Below, in pieces: positions 11,607 to 23,304 of a stretch of 64,000 bases of DNA. The position numbers were made by a program, and so were the translations under genes. Under the pieces are notes generated by a model that ran no database searches, had not been told where the DNA came from, and was given only the letters and a program-made list of their open reading frames with translations. Positions within the stretch are counted from its first letter, which is position 1. Every line of letters begins with the position of its first letter. This DNA comes from Candidatus Bathyarchaeota archaeon. Lineage in GTDB: Archaea; Thermoproteota; Bathyarchaeia; Bathyarchaeales; Bathycorpusculaceae. The DNA is taken from contig CAWEPZ010000011.1 in NCBI GenBank assembly GCA_963811105.1, positions 928,001 through 992,000 on the forward strand, read 5' to 3'.

Positions 11607-11742
11607 GAGTGATATAGCACCTCACTGCCGAAGTGAAAAGATAGGGGTGAGCTGGATGAGTTCTAAGCAAAACCTGAATTGTAAGGTTTCCGTGGAAGTT
11701 ATCACCCAGAGGCTTTCCCGCTTGCCATATAGTCGATGAAAG

Positions 11743-12827
11743 TTAGGCACGAGGTATTACGGGCTGCTCTTTTAGCCAAAGGATTACTTCTTTGAACTTT
11801 TGGCAGTTTGATGAATCTTTGAGTGCTTCAATTCTAATACTTGGGTATTTGTTCGCAAAGACTTTAGGAATATCGCTGAAAGTAGGTATTTGTATTAACT
11901 TGTTATGGAATTGCTCCAGAGTTTCTTGGGATACTGCCCAAATAGATAACCGAAATCTATCCCCAATCTGCCATCTGTATAAACGGTAAAGGGTGCCACG
12001 GTTCTTCCACCTTTTAAGAAATGTAAGGTGAATGAACCTATTTCTTTTCCTTGGCCAAACCAAATTCTGTCTGCTGTTTCTTTGCTCCAGCTAAACAATT
12101 CCTTAACAATATTAACTAAATCAGAGGGATTTCTCTCTGCGAGAGCTTTTAGGAAGGTTTCTTGATTCCAAGATTTACGTTGACTTACTGTTGTTTTGGT
12201 TGAGTTCCCATGCAAATGCGGGACAAGAATTTCCACGGCATTTGATTGAAATCTGTTCATTTCCAAAGCATGTAAAGAGAATGCAGACTTACCACCGCAT
12301 TCGTTAATGTATCTAATAGTTTGGTTTAGCTCATCGTTGATTTCATCAACTACAATTACAAGGATAAATGAGCCAATTTCTAGGTTCCTGCTGACATTAG
12401 TTCTAAAAAGTTCTTCATCCCATTCACCAACTATAGAGTCAGCCATTAATTCTGCTAAGGGTTTGCCTCTCATTTCTTTAGCTTTTTCGTCGACCCGTTC
12501 ATAACTCATTTGCCACAGGTAGGCGGCATACTCTAAAATTTGCCCGATTACTTTCCGTTTAATTTCCTGATTGGCAGCAAGTTTGCATTCAATCAATGCA
12601 ATATCACCGTGGGCACTAAACGCCAAGATGTCAGTTGCACCTGAACCAGGTAGGCCGAATTCTCCTAATGCTAATAGGAGAGGTGAAGCACCGTCACGGA
12701 TCTCGTCGATCGTTATTAGCGAGGGAGATTCGATGAGTAGTTTTTGAAGTTCAGATTCAGCTTTTGCCTTAATAGCATCGGCAATGAGCCATTTTTTCGA
12801 TTTTTGGTCTCTAATCAGAATTCTCAT
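11743..12827 (-). CDS. NucS/RecB-like PD-(D/E)XK endonuclease with C-terminal accessory domain (frameshift ~11940)
   Basis: ESELQ..EF..TDILA..IALIECKL..RKVIGQILEYAA motif; C-terminus continues in the 11743-12063 frame. Confidence 0.7.
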
Positions 12828-13908
12828 TTTTTCCCTCGGCTTACCTCTTGATTCTCAAAACTTTTAGCTATAGTGTCTATTATTGTTGGTTGAATGTGCC
12901 CTTGAAGTCCTTCTACACGTGAAAGCAGCTTGCTTAATTCCTCAAGAGGTATGAATTTACAGTACTCGTTTAAACCGATTTTTTGAAAGGTGGGTCTTGT
13001 TATTTCAGATCTTACTTTGTCTTCGCGATCCTTGGGAGCAACAATGTACAAGTTGATTTTTAGCGATGGCACAACCGAGAGCAAATCAGACATTCGCAGA
13101 AGCCCAGAGAATATTGAAGTGGTTGTTTCAACCTCAAATGCGCAAATTGGCGAATTTCTGAGTATCCAAATTACATCTATTAGGCTTATTTTCCGGACTG
13201 CTTCTTCGTTTAATCCAAAGTTTGGCAAATTTTTTAGGCATTCTTCGCCAAGTTGTTTGCCTTGAATTGTTTTTCCTCTATCATTAGATGCGACATAAAC
13301 TGAGCATCCGGTTGCTTTTCCCAATGTGGCAAGGGCATATTCCGCTTGAGAATGGCGGGAAGTTTCTTCATCGGTTTGAGGTTCTACCATATTATTCAGT
13401 TGGTTCTTTAGTTGTGGTTTCTCGGTTATCTTGGGCTTTTTTGTTTGGTTTTCTCTTTCTTGTTTTGCTTCCTCAAGAAATAAATCAAGCCCGGATTGAA
13501 TTGGGGTAAGATTGTTTTTTTGTTCGAAGATTGTTTTAATCAGAGTTTCAGCTTGTTTGCCTTCAATAATGCTTTGTGTTAGTATACCCCATCCATAGTT
13601 TGGCCCCCAAGCAGAGGTAAGAACTCTCTAACCTCACCTAGAATCGGCACTCGGTTGTCTTTGTCAATACATGAGTAAATTTTATCGGTATCCTATATGG
13701 AAAAACACCGTTGTCCCAAACTGCGTCGGTTGAATGAAAGGGTTTACCTGATACCAGTTGCATAACCAGCCAATGCCTTATCCACAATGAATACCAAGTA
13801 ATCGTTTTCTTGCCAGTCTTTGAATCTGGCAGATTTGCTTCCCCAAAGAGAATACTTAAAGCAAGTTAAGAATTGGTATTCGTCAACTTTTGTAATTCGC
13901 AAACGCAT
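12824..13908 (-). CDS. EVE/PUA-like domain fused to a restriction-endonuclease-like domain (frameshifted)
   Basis: Manual N-terminus MRLRITKVDEYQFLTCFKYSLWGSKSARFKDWQENDYLVFIVDK..VWDNGVFPYRIPI. C-terminal ORF 12824-13390 has IDVIW..AFEVETTTSIFSGLLRM. Confidence 0.6.
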
Positions 13909-14039
13909 CGATTTCACGATTACTAATTAAGAGGAGTTTTTATTAAAAGACTTGTTATTGTCTTTTCTTAACTTTTCAAATAAAACAAGTCTTTTGGAAT
14001 TAAGGACAAATATTTTCCTCTTTTTCAGCGTTTTATAGC

Positions 14040-17000
14040 TCATAAAGCTTCTTTTAGTCTATTTATTCCTTGTTGAACATTCGCGTAATGAATTGCGAAT
14101 ACTCTGTATCCAAGTGCGCGTATTTTCTTTCGTTTCTCTTCATCATCTTTTTTGACGTAGTCTTCTTCATGTGCGGGGCCGTCTACGAAGAGTGCGATGT
14201 TTTGTTGTTTGTAGTAGAAGTCGGGTTTTGCTATGCGCACGTCTTTGTCGTATATTATGTGTTGAGCTTCGTCTGGCAGAGGCAGCCCTTCATCTGCGAT
14301 CTTTTGCAGAACTGTCCGTTCGAGTTCTGAATCACATGCTTTCAGCAGCTCTTCTAGTTTCTGCTTTTGATTGGCTGGTGGGGTGTGGTTTGTTTTTGCG
14401 TTTTCCAGTAGTCGTAGCGTTGGCAGGATTAGGTTTCTGTCGAGTTTTTCGTGGTCTCGCTGGTTGTAGTAGTTTAGTAGGCATTCGTAGCATGCTTTGT
14501 TGCATCCTGCTTGTTGGGTCGTGTTCATGCAGGAGTTCTCTGGTCTTTTCGATAATATTTGTGAATCCTGGCGTTGTGGTTAGGGCTTTGATGGCGCCTG
14601 TGCCGCCTCCTGCAGTTTCATAGAGGATTATGTCGTATCTTGAGGGGTCGGTTTGTTCTTGGGTTATGAAGCCATCTACTTCGCTTTCGTCTAAGTTGAG
14701 TGCTATTTGCATGCCTTGGAGAAGTGCTTCTTGGAGTGTGAGGTAGTAAGGCTTGTGTTTGGTCTTGTTTGAGGTTTTTGGGTGGTGGAATTTTGAGGGT
14801 TGCTACGTCGTGGGTTCCGACTGTGAAGAGTATCTATGCCTTTGATTATGTCTTCTTCTTGGGCGTTTTTTGGGCAGTGAGAGTTTGATTCTGGGTCGAT
14901 GTGTTCTTCTATTCGGTCGTCGCCAAATAGCCATCGGTTGCAGGCTGAGCAGAGCACAAATCCTGCGTCTTGGCCGTCTTCTTGGTTTCTGGTTGTGCCC
15001 TTGTTTAAGTGGATGATTTGTCCGTTGTGCTCATAGCAGTATTTTTAGTGATAAGTCGTTGTTGGTAGTTATGTCGTATTCTTGGATTTTGTCGCTTGCT
15101 TCATAGTGAGTCGATGTTTGATAGCCTAGTCGCATGCGTTCTTCTTCGTCGCTTGTGATTCTTAGTCTGCGTATTGCGTACATGTCTGGTAGTTGCATGG
15201 CGTTGGGGTTTGGGTGCTCGCCGGTTAGGGGTTTTTGGCATTTTGGACATGCCGCGGCGGTTTTGGCTGTTTCGCCTCTGAGGACGTTTTGGCAGTTGGG
15301 GCAGATTAGCAGGTATTCTCTGACGGGTTTTTGGTTCATTACTTTTGGTCTGGCGTAAGCGACTTGGTATTTGGCGCCTTGGTAAGTAGATGGTGTTTCC
15401 TGGTGCAAATTCTGATAGGGCTATCACGTTGTCTCTTTGGATTTCGTTTTCTGATTCGCTAAGTGACAGGACGATGTTGCTGCTTGGGAAGCCGTAGTTT
15501 GGCAGGAAGCCTTGGGCTGAGAGGTAGCGGTATATGTAGAAGTCTTTTTCGCCTTCTCGCATGTTATTGAGTTTTTGAGCTATGGCTTCGATGCGGTTTC
15601 TGTCTTGGCTTGATGGACCTTCTTTTCTGTTTTTGGCGCTTAAGTCTTGGTGTTCCCTATCAAGGGTTGCGTATTCTTTTCGCCAGTATTCCAGTGCGCT
15701 TTCAAAGTGATCTAAGAAGGAGTCGATGGTTTGGTTGACGAAGGCTTCTGTGAACCATGGATAGCTTGCCATTTCCAAGAGAGAAGGCGCTTTTTGCGGA
15801 CTCGCTTATTCTTTGTTTTGCATCTGCAACTTTTTTTGATAGACTAGTTTTTGTAGTCGGGCATCATGGGGTAGTTTGGTTCTTCAAGGTCTAGGATTTT
15901 GCCTATGCCTGTTTCGAGTTTTGTCTCCATGGTTTCCAAGATGAGTGAGTGCAGGTGTGTTGTGATGAGTTGTTTGTTGTCTAGCATAAATCGTGGGTGA
16001 TGTTATTTTTCCTGAGACTATCTTTTCGGGGAATCGGTAGAAGTATTGGTCGTGTGGTCCTCTTGCAATGCCGCTTCCGCAGAATGTGGTGATTATGGAG
16101 GGTTGGCTTTTTCTTCCTGCGCGTCCTGCTCTTTGGGCGTAGTTGCTTGGGCTTGGGGGAACGTTTCTCATGTATATTGCTGAGAGCTCGCCTATGTCTA
16201 TGCCCAGCTCCATTGTTGGAGTGCAAACAAGCACGTTTAGGGGGTCATTTTGGGAGCGGAATTTTGCTTCAATTTTCTTTCTCTCGTCACCATCTAGTTG
16301 GCCGCTGTGTTCTTGGGCTTGAATGGTAACTGTGTCTTTGAACGGTTGAGAGTAGGCTAATCTGAAATAGTTCTTTTCGAAGTCCCTTTCTTGGAGTTGC
16401 CCACAGTCTGACGCCTGTGCAAAAGTCTATGGTTGTCTGGTGGTGAATTAAGCCACATTTTGGGCAGACTTTATGTTTGGTTTTGTTTAGGGCTTGAAGT
16501 TGAATATATTCGGTGTCAAGCATGTAGACTTCGCCCAAGGGTCATGCCTCTGTATCCTTTAACAGGCACTGGAGTTAGAATGGGCAAAAGTTCTTTGTCG
16601 GATAGGATATCTGATAACTTGAGTTAGCAATTGAGCGGCTTCATCACGGTTTAAGCCTAAGACTCTTTGTGTCCATATCATCAGTCGGCTTTTTGGTCCA
16701 GTTATTCTAAGGACATATTTGGTTCTGTCTCCTTTGCGTGCGGTGTCTGAATAACCCATGATTGTTCCGGGTGCTTCTGCGCCTATGTCAAATTGGCATT
16801 CTTCAGTTAGTTTAGAGATTATTTCGTGTTCTGAATTCTCTTTGATTGAGAATGTCTTTGTGGTTGATTGCACGTTTACTTCTAAAGATGTCTAAGATGC
16901 CTGTCAGGTAGTCTTGTCTTTCTGCTGGTGAGAGAGTTGCAAGGGGTTTGATGTTTTTCCAGACATCGTCATCTTTTGATAAGCCTTCAAGACCGTTATA

Positions 17001-19313
17001 GATTACTTGGACTAATCCGACTTCTTCGAGGTTTCTTTGGTTTTTTCTTGTAGATGAGCCAAGGTCTAAGACCACGTTATATTCTAGATAGCGTTGATAT
17101 GCTTCGTCGGCGTCTGTTGTTTTAACGTATTTACCTCTTGCCCTTGCATAATCTGGGATGACGTCGTTGTTCTCCATGGTTTTGAATATTTTAATTCCAG
17201 TTCTGTTACGTCGAGGGCTTTGTCTGTTCCTTCAATATAGCCGCCGTCTTTGAGGGCATAGTAGAGTGCTTGTCTGAATTGGATTCTTTTTTGCAGGTTA
17301 TTCATGTGAGCTGCTTGTAGGGCTGTGTCTTGGCGGCTGTCTGAGAACGCGATTAATTTTCTTTCGTTGGGTGAGAGTTTTGAAACTATGCTTGAGACCA
17401 GAACGTCTGTTCCGGTGCTTCTGCCGATTGAGCCAAACGTGAATAGTTTGCTGAATTCTCTTGATCTTTTGTCATAGTAGACTCCACATGTGGGGCAGAA
17501 AAGAAACGGTGATGGAACAATGTTACTTCCAAGCTTGTCTTTGCAGCTGCAGGTTGTGTCTATTTTGTTGCAGTCTGGGCAGTAGATTGCTTTTCGGGGT
17601 CTTGCTTCATTATGTTTTGCTTTAAGCTGTTGTTCTTCTTTATCATACCATTCTGCTGGAAACGGAACAGTCTTCTTCATTGAATGTTCCTATTTGTAGG
17701 TAAGCGTTTGTTCCTTGGGTTTCTACCATGTCGATGTCTCTGGGGTAGAGCGTATTATCTTCGGCTATGGTGACGCCGTAGAATTCTTGTCCGCAGGCTC
17801 GGCAGAAGTTGAGGGGGAAGGTGGCTCTTGTTTTCTGGTTTTTAGCGCAGGTTGGGCAGGTGCTTTCTCCTCGTTCGTTTAGGTGTGGTCCATCTTTTGT
17901 TAGGCAAGTTGTGATTGTTTTGCCTTGAGAGAAGAAGGTGTGGATTTTTGGGACGAATTTGGGTTGTTGGCTGCCAAGGATTTCCACTGTTCCAACTGAA
18001 CCTGCGAAGAGTGCCGCTTTTAGTTCCTTTGCAGCAGTCTTCCATCTGAGAAGTTTGGTCGATGTTTTTCCTTGTATTCTTTGAGGATAGTTCCTAGTGA
18101 ATGAGAGTTTTCTGAGAGTTTGTCTTCGAGGAATTGGACTGTTTGCTGGGCGGATAGGATTTTGCCTATGGCTTCTGCTGTTTTGTCTTGGTCGGCTATG
18201 GTGGTTCCTGTTAATGCTTCTGTTAAGACGATGGCTTTTTCGAGGGTTCCGTCAAATTGCTCCAGCATTGCATTGGTGACATGGATTGCTGAGGGCAGTG
18301 GGTTGGCGTTGGGTCTTGATGTTTTGAGGTAATGTTCTCCGATGACGTGGGCTGGCTGGAAGTCTTCGCTAAAGAGCGTTTTTGCAAATTGAGCGATGAG
18401 TTCTTCGCCTTTCTCTCCTTTTTCGCTTTGGACTGTGGCGCTTGTGCCAATGCACCGTAGTTTGCCAATTGTACCTGTTCGTTGTTTTAGTCGTCGGATT
18501 AGGCAGGCGACGTCAGCGCCTTTTTTGCCTGAGTAAGTGTGAATTTCGTCTAGAACAAGGAACTTGAGGCGGCTTTTTGGTCTTTAGGGAAAAGTTTTCT
18601 GTCTTCAAAACGAGTCAGAAGCAGTTCCAGCATGACGTAGTTGGTCATGAGTATGTCAGGCGGATTAGCTTGGATCTCATCTCTGGACAAGAGCTCGCTA
18701 TCATAAGGTTCTTCTCTGCCAGTGGCGGTTTTGAGAGCTGCCCTTGCCTCCTCAGGACTATTCTTAGTATCGCCCGTGTAGAGCCCAATCTTTAACCCAG
18801 ACCCATGCAGCCTCTGCGCAAAATCCTCATACTGACTATTAGCCAAAGCATTCATAGGATAAACAATAATCGCCTTAATCCCGCTTAAGCCCTTGATCAC
18901 GCATCCTAAGGCATTCACTAACAATCGGAATACCAAAGCAGAAGCTCTTCCCTGAACTAGTCCCCGTAGTAACAAGAGTGTTAGCGTTATCTCTTAGAAT
19001 CGAGAGAATAGCTTCACTTTGATGTTTGTAAGGAGTAACTGGGACTACCCGTTAGTTTTCCAGAGGCATCCTTTTTTGAGAAAATTTTTAGAACGTTTTT
19101 ATGAAGAATACCCTCGTCTACTAACTTTTGAAGAGAATCGCCCTGTTCAAAACGACGATTAAGCTGAATATAGGGATCTTTCCAAAGAAGAGTACCTTCA
19201 GCAATCTTGTCCTGAACCCACTTCTCGATTATAGGGCTTCTAATCTTTTGAAAAGTATAGACATAAGTTCTGTAAGTATCCTGAACATATGATAGAGTTT
19301 CAAAGGGGTTCAT
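14040..19313 (-). CDS. Large DEAH-box SF2 helicase with Zn-binding segments, DUF1998 and a C-terminal DUF559/Vsr-like nuclease; >10 frameshifts
   Basis: Fragments give TGTSSGKS, IVYPMNALANSQ, TNYVMLELLL, DEIHTY, TMELGIDIG, NVPPSPSNYAQRAGRAGR, YETAGGGTG, CNKACYECL, KPDFYY..FVDGPAH. Confidence 0.8.
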
Positions 19314-19408
19314 GTTCTCACCGAGCACTGAAGATGAAATTTAGATATAGTATAGTGCATCTGCACTTAAGGTTTAAGACCAGTCTTTTTTTGTATCCTA
19401 TGTATTCT

Positions 19409-22400
19409 TTAAGGATGCAATTCTACAGAGTATTTGTCATAAAACTCAAGAATAAGCCTTAGAGTTTTAAATTCACCGTTTTTTTCAATATCTCTTCGTT
19501 TAATAATGGAAAACGTTTCCATGACATATTTTACTTCTTCCCGTGATAATCCATATAACACGAAATAAATCGCGTCCAATTCGCATTGAATTATTAACCG
19601 GTGTGAATCATCCCATTTGATTGGGGGTTGGGGGTTGTTCTCTTCTTTTACGTATCTGACGTCAAGGGCCAATCCCCTAAGGTCCCATGCTGAATAAACC
19701 AATTCTAAGACTCGATTTGCAACTAAGTTTAACAGACTAGTATCATATTGTTGCGGAGATAAGATTGGAAGTTGCTTAAGTATAGAATAGGTCAAATGAC
19801 ACCCCCCAATTTTCTGACGCGCTAAATAGTCAAAAACAAACGAGTTAACATTAGCCAAGAAGGCAAGTATTTGAATGGATGAAATATTTTCGAAAAAAAC
19901 CAAAGGCATTTGATGCCCAACTCCGGCAAAAGGAATTATAGAAAAAATGGCTGTACGTTCATTACCAACATTTGTTACATCTCGAAAACCTAGAAGCCAA
20001 GGCTTTTCAGGTAAACGAAGCAATACATCTTTCATATTCACCCAAAATCTAGGCATTGGATAAAAAAATGGGTCTTTCAGTTGTTCAATCTCAGATGAAA
20101 TTACGCCAGATCGTCCTGGAATTATTTTCATGTTGTCGTCCACAGAACTGGCTCGATGGTTAAAAATCCAGATCATTTTTCCCTCATATAACGGCAAGTA
20201 CGTTACTTCGTCTTTCTTGTATGTGTTTCCTTCAAGAACAAACCCCTCGCTCTGAAGTTTCGATGAGGTATTAAATAGATTTGAATCGGTCGCCATATTA
20301 AAAAGACCTTGTTTGAAGCTAACATTCCAAGGGTTACAACAATGCTCATTTTTAAGTACCCCAATTCTCTGGTAAATTAATTTGTTAAGTTCTGCATCTT
20401 GCTTGCTTCTGAATATCGGACAAGTTTTTGTGTTTGGATTCAGCAGTAAAAAGTCCTTTACAGTCAAAGTAAATCTTCTTTCAGGGGCTGAAAGCTGATG
20501 AGGAGATGAAAGAAAGAACATAAAGTCCATTGGGCCTTCACAGGATTGACTTTGCATTGTAAGAAGACAAAACTTGTAACCTCTATGGACATCAGGAAAC
20601 AAGCCTTCCTTGTTTTCAAAATCAAAAAGAGATATCAAACCACCGGCTTGACCAAGATCAGCAAAAAAGTCCTTGTTAGTGTCATCAGTTGCGATGCCCG
20701 TTGGCAGGATCACGCCCGCTCTTCCTTTCTTCCCTAAAATACAGCGGCAATGCTCAGCAAAAACGGAATAGCTATTAGTTCGTCCTAGCCCTGTGAGAGG
20801 AAACCTGCCCGAGTTATGAAGGTATTTTCGTACTGAGTTCAATTTCCTGTTTTCTGATGTAAAAGATTCCCATAAATTAGGATTGGTTTTTTCCAGTTTT
20901 TTTATCTCGATTTTTCTGGCAGTACTTCCTATTTTGGCAATTTCTGGAAGGTGTTGTTCAAAGAACTCGATTTCTTTTAACTCGATTGTTTCCCAAGGTG
21001 GATTCCCCAGAACACAATCAAAACCGTTGTTGTTGCTATAAAACACATCTGGAAATTCAAGGTACCAATGGAAGAAATTGTTCGCTTTAGTCAGTTCACA
21101 AACGGTATCACGTGTTTTATTACCCATTGCAGCTATTCCTTTTGTCTGCAGGAGTCTTAAGGTGCCGTGAGTGGGTGGAAGAGGACTGACTTTTGTCAAA
21201 AGCCAGAAAAAGGCAGCTGTCCATGAATCGGCTATATCTCTCTGACTCTTAAATTCGGAAGAAAACATCAATTCGAAATATTTTTTCTTTTTCTCCTCTA
21301 CATCCTGACTTTCTTTTTCCGCAAATTCGTCTAGCAAAGCAAACTCTCTAATATTGTTCAATGGCTTATCTAGCGAGTATTCTGCAAGTAGTCGGTCCCT
21401 ACGCTGCATAGAATTTTGTATTTTAATTTTTTTAGAATACTCTTTATCATCCATTTCTATAGGCGTAAAGGCTACATCTGGGATACCCATCTTAAGCAAA
21501 TCAGGTGTTGAACCAATTAGTGAATTTCCAGATTTAATATGGTGATCTAAAAAATTTAATGGCATATCTTCAACGCAGGAATTAATCCATAGAGAGACTT
21601 TTGCCAGCTCAGTAGCCATAGGGTTCAAATCAACGCCGTAAATACAGTGTTGCAAGACATCCCTGGTGGCTCTCTTAACTTCTTTATCTGAAGGCTCGGG
21701 TTGATTGGTTCGAAGTTTAGATAGCTCTTTTCCCAAGAAATTATTTGCAGCTATTAGGAAGGCTCCGCTGCCGCAGGCGGGGTCGCATATTTTTATGGAA
21801 AGTAGAGCTTTTTCTTTTTCGTTAGTTTTTGAGACTCTGTCTTCAAAAACTGGCTTTAATGCACTTTTTATCAATTCATCAATCAGACGCGGATTAGTGT
21901 AGTAACTTCCACTTGTTTTCCTAGCCGCACCCCGAGGATCTAAAACAAAAGCATTAGCCGGAATTTTTTGCCCCTCGATTTCTTGTTCGGTAGCAAAAAT
22001 CTTTGGAGAATAGTCAAGCAGGCTCTCGTAAATAGAACCTATTTCGCTGACGCCCAAATCTAAGTAGTTAATTCGTTTTAGGACTCTCTCTTCTTCAATT
22101 AAGGTCAAATTCCTAACTGCTTCAAGGATATCTTCATTCTTGCATGAGAGTTCTGTTAGTATTTGAAGTTCAGAATCGTCGAAGAGACTACCGTTATATC
22201 CGAAGACTTTGAGGGGTGGGCAGCCTTTCTTTAGCATGCGGAAGGTTACTTTCAGCCCCTCCCAAAGGTCAAGGTGATCGTCTTTTCCGTGCCTTATTTC
22301 AGCTATTTCACGTAGTCCGAGTTATGCTGTATTCTTCAATGTAGAGTGAGCCTTTTGTTGGTAACATAGCTCGTTGTTCTGCAAACAATAGGAAGAGTAA

Positions 22401-23279
22401 GCGGTAGACTACTCTTAGTAGTTCAGTGTAATAGGCTTTGCAGAACTCGTCATCCTCAATCATTTTTTTGGTTAGCTCGGGTGTTAAGAAACCGTTGCCT
22501 AATGCTTCAATGGCTTTCTTCACGTTTTGCCGTAGGTTCTCACCAACAGTTACTCCTGCGGCTACACTTTCTTTGTAGAATTGCTCCAGTGGACTGACAC
22601 CATCTTTGTCGGGAAGGAATCTGCTAGCATGTGCCATTCGGTATAGAGCTCGGAAATCGGTGAAGCTTCTTTCGCGGAAAATGTTTTCTAGGTCAAATTC
22701 GACAAAGCCTTTGGTTGTTGTGTGATAGTATTCACGGAGTATTCGGAGCAATATTCCGTTAGTTACAATTCCCCACTTTGAACCTTTGGTGACGTTAAGA
22801 TATGTTTGCATTTCGTCATGTGGACTGCGGGTTCTCCCTCGCCTGACCACTTCCCCTTCGCCGCCATCTCCAGCCTCCTCTAAATCTTGGGAAGGAGCAA
22901 CCATATGCACCATCGGCGCTGAAGCGCTAATCCAGCCTCTGTGAGAGAGCCTAAACCTAAGCTTATCATCGCCATCCACAATGACATCTTCTTTGTTAAA
23001 GCCCGGGTCAAAACCTAACTCCTTGAAAAGGGGAAGCATCCATTTGGTTCTTGCCTCAGAAACAGTCATCTTTTGATAACGAATCGATAGGGCATCCCAA
23101 CGTTCAAGAAGCGCCTTAAACGAGCTATCAATTTGCCTATCAAGCTCTCGTTTGTCCTTTGGCGGTGTCGGCTCGTTGAGGGTAGCAAAGCATTGGGGTT
23201 CAACCCTTGGGTTTTTGGCATTGTCACCGCGAATAGTTTCTAAAAACTCAGAGGTGATGATGCCGCCGTGCGCTGACAT
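19409..23279 (-). CDS. Type IIG/Eco57I-like N6-adenine DNA methyltransferase(-endonuclease), DrmMI/PglX-like; one frameshift ~22318
   Basis: WGIVTNG, YNGSLF, IGSIYE, GSYYT, DPACGSGAF, GNPPW and a C-terminal TRD region. ORFs 22308-23342 and 19409-22237 join with one indel. Confidence 0.85.
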
Positions 23280-23304
23280 GTTAGATAGAGGGTTTTTTCG
23301 CAGC

